Made by a program: the position numbers and the translations under genes
Shown: positions 56,730 to 64,000 of the stretch, piece after piece
How positions within the stretch are numbered: position 1 is the first letter of the stretch
Layout of the letters: each line of letters starts with the position of its first letter
Virus record (IMG/VR): IMGVR_UViG_3300011226_000001
Coordinates: 64,001 to 128,000 of that record
Reading direction: 5' to 3' (one strand)
Length of the DNA stretch: 64,000 nucleotides
DNA from: a virus
Lineage: Duplodnaviria > Caudoviricetes
The notes under the pieces: generated by a model
Told to the model about the DNA's origin: nothing
Seen by the model: the letters and a program-made list of their open reading frames with translations, nothing else
The model's database searches: none

Positions 56730-56991
56730 CTTCGCCTCCGACTTGCAAACGTGCTGGTACGCTAATGATAGGACCTGCGAACATGTCGATGTGACGCTGC
56801 ATGATATCGTCAACCTTCGACGCTGCACCAGCAGGTACTTCGATCAACATCTCACCGCAGTTCTCTACCACAGTGCAACCGGCAGCGATAAGCTCACCAT
56901 TGAGTTCTGCTACGCGACGGTGCATCTCCTGAATCGAATGCACAATCGGATAGTTTGGGATAACACCTGGAGCTGGATTGTTAAAGAACAT
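56710..56991 (-). CDS. hypothetical protein
   Basis: 93 aa ORF. Confidence 0.6.
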   Translation of the reverse strand: MFFNNPAPGVIPNYPIVHSIQEMHRRVAELNGELIAAGCTVVENCGEMLIEVPAGAASKVDDIMQRHIDMFAGPIISVPARLQVGGEDAEAEI

Positions 56992-56996
56992 CGAGA

Positions 56997-57653
56997 TTAA
57001 TCTCCGTTACGTTTGACTTGATCAGCTAAGGCCATCAGGTGCTTACACAGACCCGGTGCGTGACCTGGGTTAGTGAAGTCTGGTGGCTCGCCATTGCCAT
57101 AAATGATTCGCGCACAGCCGTGTTCGGCGTTCGCATACTCCCACATGAAAACATAGTTCTCACATGGACAACTGACCAGCACTCGCTTTTGTTTTGAAAT
57201 AGGCTTGAACGGGTCATCCAGACCGATGATCATCGGCTTGTGAATGCGCACTGTTTTATTAGGGCGCAGTGGATCTTTGTGTCGAACGTTTGCCATAATC
57301 ATCGGCAGACCTTTGTTAGTCTTACCGCGTTTGACACCGTTAACATAACACTCCATCGCATTCTCTTTCATCAGGCGGGGAGTCGAGCGCATCAGCGCAG
57401 TAAGCGACAGACCCTTTTCCATCAGAGGAGTTTTCGGTGGCTGAGGCACAACTTGCGGTTTGAAGGGCTGCAATTGAATTGCGCGTTTCTCACCTTTAGT
57501 CATACGTCGAGACTTAGCAGAGGCAGCACTGATTGTCTTCACTGCTTGAGCGAGCTTGCCACGCTTCGCTTGCTTGTGTGCCTTAGTCCGAGTCTCGGCC
57601 TCTTTGGCGGCTTTCGACTTCTTCGGTTTCTTGGCGAGTGATTTGTACGCCAT
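56997..57653 (-). CDS. SWIM zinc-finger protein with basic N-terminus
   Basis: VSCPCENY...GLCKHL. Confidence 0.75.
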   Translation of the reverse strand: MAYKSLAKKPKKSKAAKEAETRTKAHKQAKRGKLAQAVKTISAASAKSRRMTKGEKRAIQLQPFKPQVVPQPPKTPLMEKGLSLTALMRSTPRLMKENAMECYVNGVKRGKTNKGLPMIMANVRHKDPLRPNKTVRIHKPMIIGLDDPFKPISKQKRVLVSCPCENYVFMWEYANAEHGCARIIYGNGEPPDFTNPGHAPGLCKHLMALADQVKRNGD

Positions 57654-58098
57654 AGTCAACTCCATTAAGCAAGTACATTCGCGGCTTACGGATCTGAGTA
57701 AGCTGAGTCAGGTTTCGAATGTCATATTGACGACGATAGGCGAAGTCAGGATCATCCTGAGTGAAATAGCGAGCCATCAGCGGTTGGAAGTCTCCGCTCT
57801 TGTCTGCAATCACAGGCAGCAAATCGAAATGCAACGCTGTACGAGTGAACGCACGTAATAACCAACGCGAGTTCACCTCACAGTTTGGATCTTGCAGCGC
57901 AGTAAAGAAGCTGGTAGGCTTCATCTGGAGACAGGCTTTATTCATCACCAGAAAGTTATTGCTCTGCTCGATTGTTGCAGCAACGACAGGATAGATCATA
58001 CGCTTCACGCACATGTAGCGAATTGCGATCAGAACTTCAATCATCGCATCATGCGTCTTTGGCACATCAACGGGATCGCTATTCGATGTCCTCATCAT
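57583..58098 (-). CDS. hypothetical protein (start uncertain)
   Basis: 3' portion of the 250 aa ORF, largely outside the 58079..58555 gene. Confidence 0.5.
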   Translation of the reverse strand: MMRTSNSDPVDVPKTHDAMIEVLIAIRYMCVKRMIYPVVAATIEQSNNFLVMNKACLQMKPTSFFTALQDPNCEVNSRWLLRAFTRTALHFDLLPVIADKSGDFQPLMARYFTQDDPDFAYRRQYDIRNLTQLTQIRKPRMYLLNGVDYGVQITRQETEEVESRQRGRDSD

Positions 58099-58555
58099 CA
58101 GTGCTTTCAGCATCTGCATCCCCGTCATCACTTTCGGGTTCGTCTGCGTCAGGGTCTTCTGCGTCTTCGTTGTCTGCATCTCCAGCGTCGTCAGATTTCT
58201 TTCCACCTTTCTTAGCTTTAGACTTTCCATCGGAATCGTCTCCAGAGTCATCGGAAGAGTCATCTGTATCATCGTCGCCTCCATCTGAATCAGTGTCGGT
58301 ATCAATGTCAGTATCGTCTTCTTCGGGTTTGTCATCGCCCTTTTTCTTGGCGCCTTTCTTACCCTTTACAGAATCCCCGCCACCAGCTTTCTGCGCCAGT
58401 TTCTCTTTGTCTTTCGCTTCTTCCGTGAGACGCAGTTTCTTTTCGAGACTTGCGTAATCAGACACGTCAACGCGCCCTGTGTTAGACTCAGGACTTGATA
58501 CCTTGCTGCGGTTCTTGTCTGTAGAGTCTTGGCTCAGGCTTACATAAATTTCCAT
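58079..58555 (-). CDS. low-complexity D/K-rich protein
   Basis: start MEIYVSLS, similar to the MEMLVSLS start at 53816; GAGG SD. Confidence 0.7.
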   Translation of the reverse strand: MEIYVSLSQDSTDKNRSKVSSPESNTGRVDVSDYASLEKKLRLTEEAKDKEKLAQKAGGGDSVKGKKGAKKKGDDKPEEDDTDIDTDTDSDGGDDDTDDSSDDSGDDSDGKSKAKKGGKKSDDAGDADNEDAEDPDADEPESDDGDADAESTDDEDIE

Positions 58556-58563
58556 GTTACACC

Positions 58564-58974
58564 TCAAGTGTATCGTGAGTTGGGTTCTTTACCGTCAAGA
58601 ATATCAATCAGGACATTCGCTCTGTAATCGAGTAACAGTCTCTGGCTTTCGATATTCCTGTCTTGATTATTGACCAGTTCTTCCAGACGTCTAATGCGAC
58701 GTTGAATCTCTGGCGTTGGGTGCTTGCGACTGAGTAGAGCCATCTTGACAACCAATTGCTCTCTCATGGTCAAGGCTGATCGAAGATTCTCGCACGACTG
58801 ACTGAACAGCATCAGCATCACCAGATACTTTCTCGACACAACTTGATCAGGGGATTTCACCCTAGAGAGAACGACGTCAACGCAGCGAGGCACAATATAA
58901 CCTAGCTGCTCAGTGCGATGGACAGACTCCTTAAGTCGGCGCAGTGATCGTTCATAATCTTTTTGTATGCTCAT
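58564..58974 (-). CDS. hypothetical protein
   Basis: 136 aa coupled ORF. Confidence 0.65.
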   Translation of the reverse strand: MSIQKDYERSLRRLKESVHRTEQLGYIVPRCVDVVLSRVKSPDQVVSRKYLVMLMLFSQSCENLRSALTMREQLVVKMALLSRKHPTPEIQRRIRRLEELVNNQDRNIESQRLLLDYRANVLIDILDGKEPNSRYT

Positions 58975-60062
58975 AGCTCAAATGTTTTTACGATATGCTT
59001 CGGACGTTGAGACTTCGGCTTCTTGTCCGGCAGCAGACCTTGTTGTTGAGTTTTCCGTCCTGTGCTTACAATCTCCATATAAGTCAGGTCGGGGTTGGCC
59101 ATGATTCGCTGCTCTAACTTCTTCATGAAGTCAATCATGTGTGATTGAATAAAGCAATAGTCAACAAAAGGGCATGTATCATATCCGTGGAACTCGTCCC
59201 AATAATACTCGGCGCTCTTGCATGGCTTACGTTTGATAGCTGGCAGCAGGTCACCCGTACGCGCCGATTTTACCGCAGCGTCCCATGCGCGTATCTGTTC
59301 CATCATAAAGTCTTTCGCACGTTTCGACTCTGCCTCGTCAAACACAAAGGTCTTTTCGACAAACTTCTTCGGGTTGTCGCGTGGCACGTAAACGAGGGTA
59401 TAGTCCACGATGTTATAGCCGTAACGTTTTTTCAGCAGGTACGCGTATGTTGCGATCTGAAAGCGATGGTACTTAACGAAGAATGTTCCGTCAGCGGCTT
59501 TCGTCACCATGGTAGACTTCAAATCGATCAGGCTGTATGTGCCGTCAAGATTATCAATCAGCCCATCGACGTAACCCTTGAGTGACTTATACAGGACTTT
59601 GAGTTCTGCGTATGCCATGGGTTTGTCACACGTCGGACAGCGATTGTTCGTGCTTCGAGTTCGCGTGTACTTGCCCTTCTTATATTTACCGTCAACCATT
59701 TTACCTTTGGTCTTTGGGTATTCAGGGCATTTCTCGTTCGTACATTTCCAGTGACCAACCATCTGACCACTGTGCCCCAGAGCATTCTGCAACGATTCGT
59801 GCATCCCTGTCCCTGCTTTCGCAAAGATGTTCAACAACGTACCGGACTCACCAGTCATGCAGTTGTTATGCTTCTGATAAATCAGTTTGGCAGTTTCTTG
59901 AATCGCACAGATGGGAAACATTGAAGGGCTGACGCGTTTCTTCGGCCAGCGCTTCTCTTGATTCTTTACGTCAAGGGCAGCATCGATCATTTTGCCGATG
60001 CGTGACATTACGCGAGTGTCATTGACTCGCGCTGGTACGTTTGCGAACGTTCTCATAGTCAT
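58971..60062 (-). CDS. Cas4-like PD-(D/E)XK exonuclease
   Basis: SPS...C, GTGMH, E...GYVDG...IDLKS, QIATY, C-terminal C...CPF..YC; inserted zinc ribbon. Confidence 0.8.
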   Translation of the reverse strand: MTMRTFANVPARVNDTRVMSRIGKMIDAALDVKNQEKRWPKKRVSPSMFPICAIQETAKLIYQKHNNCMTGESGTLLNIFAKAGTGMHESLQNALGHSGQMVGHWKCTNEKCPEYPKTKGKMVDGKYKKGKYTRTRSTNNRCPTCDKPMAYAELKVLYKSLKGYVDGLIDNLDGTYSLIDLKSTMVTKAADGTFFVKYHRFQIATYAYLLKKRYGYNIVDYTLVYVPRDNPKKFVEKTFVFDEAESKRAKDFMMEQIRAWDAAVKSARTGDLLPAIKRKPCKSAEYYWDEFHGYDTCPFVDYCFIQSHMIDFMKKLEQRIMANPDLTYMEIVSTGRKTQQQGLLPDKKPKSQRPKHIVKTFEL

Positions 60063-60354
60063 CCTCGCTTACGGCAATCATGCCTTTGAAAAATACGAAC
60101 TTGTAGTAGCGAGTACCAAACAGGTATGAACGCACTTCTACACCTTCTTCCTTGGTTGCGTACATCAGGCGAAGACTCTTGGTCAGTGCTTCAACGTCAG
60201 TGTCAACAGGCAGCGACAGGCCAATCATATCGCCCTGCGTATTGAACGCACCTAAAGTCTGAGGTTCAACTCGTATCAAGTCACATAGCTGTAACCAGTG
60301 CTTATCGTAAAAGCGCCGTACAGCGGTATGCACGTAGCGATGTGGATTACCCAT
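60019..60354 (-). CDS. hypothetical protein
   Basis: 111 aa ORF, AAGGA SD. Confidence 0.65.
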   Translation of the reverse strand: MGNPHRYVHTAVRRFYDKHWLQLCDLIRVEPQTLGAFNTQGDMIGLSLPVDTDVEALTKSLRLMYATKEEGVEVRSYLFGTRYYKFVFFKGMIAVSEDDYENVRKRTSASQ

Positions 60355-60370
60355 TCTAGTTATTCCTTTA

Positions 60371-60380
60371 TCTGTAAATA
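60371..60380 (+). promoter_or_regulatory. candidate phage-sigma promoter TCTGTAAATA on + strand
   Basis: motif flips orientation exactly in front of the only + strand operon. Confidence 0.6.
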
Positions 60381-60419
60381 TGCTTATATGCGTAAATTAC
60401 GAAATGAATAGAGGATGGT

Positions 60420-61478
60420 ATGGCAGAAGATGTCCATCAGATAATACTTGACGAGATCGGCAAATTGCCGGGCGACAAGAAATATAACGGCGACACTGTT
60501 ATGGTGTGCTGTCCTTTCCACAGCGACAAGACCCCTAGTTGTGGTATTTACACTTCTGTAGGGATGGAAATCCCGTTAGGATTCTTCCACTGCTTTGGCT
60601 GTGGTGAGAAAGGCGGTTGGAATAAATTAGCGGCACACGCGAGACTGCAAGAGATTAAAGGCTGGGCGTTGAAAGACGCTGGCACAAACTCACTTAGTGC
60701 GCTACTCAAAACGTATGAACAGATTGGTTCGAAGATTGGTACTTATCCTTCTGTCGGTCTGTTGATGAAAGCTCTCGGTCGTAAGTCTTACATGGAGTGG
60801 CCGCTCGATGTTGAGTGGCGTGGATATCCGGGTGCGCTTGTTCGTGCTGCTGGTGGTCTGCTTAATGCACAGCACACAGGTACGAACGTTTGCTTCTTCC
60901 CATGCAAGCACGGTACGAAATACATAGGTGGGATTGCAGCTTATCTGCGTAAGCAAATGAACGGCACCAGCTATGTGAACTCGCAAGGTGATTGGGCAAA
61001 AGATAAAGGTCTGTTCCCGTTACCTCTTGTGAAAGAGTGTTTGAAGAAATACAAGTTGCGTTACATCGTACTCGTCGAAGGTCCTCGTGATGCGCTTGCT
61101 CTTTTATCTTATGGCATACCTGCACTGGCTGTTCTTGGTGCAGAGCAGTTCGGTGAAACGAAACGTAGAACGATTGAGATGCTGGGCGTGAGTGTTGTCT
61201 ATACGATGACAGACAACGATGGCGGCGGTAAGTTACTGCGTGGGAAAATCAAAGAGGAGTTCGAGCGCAACTCACCAGTACCTGTCAAGCACTTCAAGTT
61301 ACCTCGTGATTTTGATGAAGACGGTAAGCTGATTAAGCTCGACCCTGATAATGCGCCATTCGAGTTAATCAAAGAAGTTCGAATGACACTGCGAGACATT
61401 CACGGTAAGAAATGTATCATGCCAGCAAAAGCGTTAGGCTGGAATCGTCCTAAAGCAATAGAGAAGAAAGGAAAGTAG
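60420..61478 (+). CDS. DNA primase (CHC2 zinc finger + TOPRIM)
   Basis: CPFHSDKTPS...FHCFGCGEKG; LVEGPRDAL; TDNDGGG; KLDP. Confidence 0.9.
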   Translation: MAEDVHQIILDEIGKLPGDKKYNGDTVMVCCPFHSDKTPSCGIYTSVGMEIPLGFFHCFGCGEKGGWNKLAAHARLQEIKGWALKDAGTNSLSALLKTYEQIGSKIGTYPSVGLLMKALGRKSYMEWPLDVEWRGYPGALVRAAGGLLNAQHTGTNVCFFPCKHGTKYIGGIAAYLRKQMNGTSYVNSQGDWAKDKGLFPLPLVKECLKKYKLRYIVLVEGPRDALALLSYGIPALAVLGAEQFGETKRRTIEMLGVSVVYTMTDNDGGGKLLRGKIKEEFERNSPVPVKHFKLPRDFDEDGKLIKLDPDNAPFELIKEVRMTLRDIHGKKCIMPAKALGWNRPKAIEKKGK

Positions 61479-61479
61479 A

Positions 61480-61650
61480 ATGGCTTTGAAGTTCAGGAAG
61501 CAGTACAAGCAACACACGCTCGATGATTTACGCAGTCGCAGTATTCGTCGTATGCAGCGTCTAATCAATCGTATCAAAGTTGAACCGCGATTGATTAAGC
61601 CAGGCGAAGCATCAGCGTTCCTTGTTCGACTGAGACAACAGCAGCAGTAA
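61480..61650 (+). CDS. 56 aa basic protein (not in ORF track)
   Basis: MALKFRKQYKQH...RQQQQ; AAGGA SD; fills the gap to the terminator. Confidence 0.55.
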   Translation: MALKFRKQYKQHTLDDLRSRSIRRMQRLINRIKVEPRLIKPGEASAFLVRLRQQQQ

Positions 61651-61651
61651 T

Positions 61652-61691
61652 AAAAATGGGAGACTCCTTTCGGGGCCTCCCATTTTTTTTT
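61652..61691. terminator. bidirectional intrinsic terminator between convergent genes
   Basis: AAAAATGGGAG...CTCCCATTTTTTTT. Confidence 0.85.
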
Positions 61692-61706
61692 GTCTTGAGC
61701 CAGCAA

Positions 61707-62369
61707 TTACGCGTCGTCGAGGGCCTGAACGATCAGGTCAACGATTGCAGGACGAGTGATGTGTTCACGCAGAATTTTCAGCTCGGCAACTGGCAGATTG
61801 ATACCGCGAGACAGGAACTCACGAACCAGATTGTCGTCTGATTCTTCGCTGTCAGCTGCGGCGCGCAGAATGAATGCGTTAACGAACTGGTTTTCAGAAT
61901 GCTGTTCAGCACCTTCGAAGTGGATCTCTTTCTTACGAGCACCGCCGCCCAGATCGATTTCAGCCAGCTCACCTTCGTTCTCCAACAGATCAGCAGCGAT
62001 AGACGCGTTCATCTTATTCAGGTTACGCATCTCAGCTTGCGCCAGAGAACTTGTACGCAGATATTCTTCCGCGCTCTTAGTGTCGATGATCACCAGCTGG
62101 TTCATACGCAGCGCACGACGCAGGTGAGTAGATTGCAGCAGGCTTGCTTTGGTTGCTTGCTGAGTCAGATCGACAGGGATGAAGGTTGCAGGTACAACAA
62201 CAGCAACAGGCTGGCCCAGATCGTCTTTCGCGCTGAACGCTACGTTACCGCGAGGCTCAGTACGGTTTGCAACATACATAGGAGCTACAACGTCATCGCC
62301 GTAACGTTCGTTGTAAGTTGCGAGAGTGATCGGCTTAACAGTGGTGTTGCTATTCTTTTTCGTACTCAT
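61707..62369 (-). CDS. hypothetical protein, probably virion-associated
   Basis: 220 aa ORF, GGAG SD, follows the Ig-repeat gene. Confidence 0.75.
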   Translation of the reverse strand: MSTKKNSNTTVKPITLATYNERYGDDVVAPMYVANRTEPRGNVAFSAKDDLGQPVAVVVPATFIPVDLTQQATKASLLQSTHLRRALRMNQLVIIDTKSAEEYLRTSSLAQAEMRNLNKMNASIAADLLENEGELAEIDLGGGARKKEIHFEGAEQHSENQFVNAFILRAAADSEESDDNLVREFLSRGINLPVAELKILREHITRPAIVDLIVQALDDA

Positions 62370-62420
62370 GGTAATTCTCCGAATTTCAGTTCTATTAGGG
62401 GCCGAAGCCCCTATAAAGGA

Positions 62421-64000
62421 TTAAGCTGTAGCGACAGCCAAAGTGTCAGTGAAGTCAACGTAGCCCGCATGTTTAACAGTCAGCGTGGCTTGCCCCTCGA
62501 CCAGAGCACCTGACAGAGTAATGATGAACTCGCCAGTGCTCGCGTCTGCTACAGCATCACCGGTAACACTACCCTGAGTCAGAGACACAGTGGAACCTGG
62601 GGTTGCTAAACCTGTAGCAGTATCTTCGCCAGCTTTCAGATCAGCGTCAAGCTCACCGCGAGCCTGTACTGCCTGAGTAACTTCGAAGGAAGCTGTCAGA
62701 TATTGAGCGCGAGACAGTTCGATAGTAACTGGGCCCGGCACAACATTTGTGAAGCCGTCAACAGAGAACGCACCCTGCGGGTTTGAAGACGCAGTTTTGG
62801 TTTCACCGTTCATGGTCACTTTGACAGTCGTGCTTGCAGCGGTATTACCAACAACCGCTGTTTGTCCATCAACTGCTTGCTCCAGAGTAGGAGCAGCGAA
62901 CTCTTCCAGAATCGTGAACGACGTTGAACCATCTTCGTAGAACGCAGAGGTAACGTTAACAACGCCCGTTGCACCGATACCAGCTTTCGCATCAACACCA
63001 GCGATGTTGAAAGTACCCGCACCCAGATTGACTGTACCTTCGTACACGCCCGCCTGAACAGTTACGGTGACAGCGATATCATTCGCTTCTGGATTCAGTC
63101 CAGCGATAGTACCAGACACAACGGTACGAGTCTCACCGAACGCATCTGCATCGTCAACAGCGATAGCGCCGAACTGGAGTTTAGTTGGTTGCATTGTCGC
63201 AGTTGCTTCATCGTAGCCGTCAATCTCAACAGCACGAATAGACACAGCGCCTTTGATTGCACCAACAGTTGCAGTCCAGTTGCCCTGAGCATCAGCAGTA
63301 ACGAACTGGTTAGACTGACCGTCGATCAGGATTTCGACTTCACCGTTAGGGTTTGCTTTACCTGCCAGAGAGGTAGACAGGAAAGCAGCGCTGTTAATCT
63401 GCGCAATGCCCGGAACGCTATCGACAACTACAGCAACCTGTTTAATCAGATAGCCAGCAGCGTCGATGGCCAGATGAATAGTGTCGAACGGCAGTGGGTC
63501 AACGTTGATAGAGAACGCACCCTGATCATCAGCCTGACCAGTGAATGCTTTGCTCGCAACAGTTACAACGATATTAGCATTCGCAACAGTCGATCCCGAA
63601 ACAGTAGTCTCGTTAAAGACAGCGTGTACAGTCGGTTCAGGCATTGGTTGCAGCGGCTGTTCACCAGCTTCGTAGTTGTAACGAGCAGGTGTGAAACCGT
63701 CAGCAGTGACAGTGATAGAAAACGCACCCTGTTTCAGACCAGATACGTCAACAGTGAATACGCCAGCACCGTTTGAAGTACCTGTCCAGACGTTACCGTT
63801 CTGTTCAACGATCACAGTCGCGTTCGGAATGGTTGTACCGTCAACAGACAGTGCACCAGCGACAGGCGGTTGAGACAGAGTAGGCTGAGAAATACCTTTG
63901 CCTGGTTGTGGCATATCGTCAGGGTTCAGCAGCACAACGCGCTGCAAATCGATCAGAGATTTCAGTTGACTACAGGCCAGCAGATTTTCTAATGGCGCTT
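62421..64000 (-). CDS. Ig-like repeat virion decoration protein (5' end outside window)
   Basis: repeated V.G.T..NA.V.V......T..AD..G.F.. units; reading frame stays open to position 64000. Confidence 0.8.
   Translation of the reverse strand, partial: APLENLLACSQLKSLIDLQRVVLLNPDDMPQPGKGISQPTLSQPPVAGALSVDGTTIPNATVIVEQNGNVWTGTSNGAGVFTVDVSGLKQGAFSITVTADGFTPARYNYEAGEQPLQPMPEPTVHAVFNETTVSGSTVANANIVVTVASKAFTGQADDQGAFSINVDPLPFDTIHLAIDAAGYLIKQVAVVVDSVPGIAQINSAAFLSTSLAGKANPNGEVEILIDGQSNQFVTADAQGNWTATVGAIKGAVSIRAVEIDGYDEATATMQPTKLQFGAIAVDDADAFGETRTVVSGTIAGLNPEANDIAVTVTVQAGVYEGTVNLGAGTFNIAGVDAKAGIGATGVVNVTSAFYEDGSTSFTILEEFAAPTLEQAVDGQTAVVGNTAASTTVKVTMNGETKTASSNPQGAFSVDGFTNVVPGPVTIELSRAQYLTASFEVTQAVQARGELDADLKAGEDTATGLATPGSTVSLTQGSVTGDAVADASTGEFIITLSGALVEGQATLTVKHAGYVDFTDTLAVATA

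Noticed and set aside
44895-60400. Possible third promoter motif TAATTT/TAAATT upstream of 44861, 53816 and 60354
   Set aside because: Too short and too few instances to distinguish from A/T-rich background

Overview
The window is a segment of a large lytic tailed-phage (jumbo myovirus-like) genome. The host is probably enterobacterial, judging by a YbiI/TraR homolog and sigma70-type -10 boxes; this is an inference. Genes are densely packed and almost all lie on the - strand. The exceptions are a primase and a small basic ORF at 60420-61650. Positions ~1-48 kb hold mostly hypothetical early/accessory genes plus a few recognisable enzymes: HD hydrolase, lytic transglycosylase, dUTPase, UvsE, YbiI/TraR, radical SAM, Tpt1/KptA, GNAT-like, NADAR-like and AcrVA2-like. 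Positions ~48-62 kb hold a replication/transcription block: intein-containing RecA, gp32-like SSB, truncated sigma factor, 2H phosphoesterase, SWIM protein, Cas4-like nuclease and primase. A truncated Ig-repeat virion protein ends the window. The most notable unexplained signals are regulatory. (1) At least 10 ribosome-binding sites are GAGG tetraloops on stems whose sequences differ but always pair. (2) Ten early promoters carry a CTGGACAAAA box at a fixed 30-31 nt from the -10 element. (3) A WCTGTAAAYA motif tracks gene orientation and probably serves the region-4-deficient sigma factor. (4) A cassette array has repeated RNase III-like spacers. In addition, the radical SAM enzyme carries a fused Cys-x-aromatic repeat tail, and a small helix-extension-helix module recurs in many unrelated proteins. 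All family assignments come from motif recognition by eye; no searches were run.
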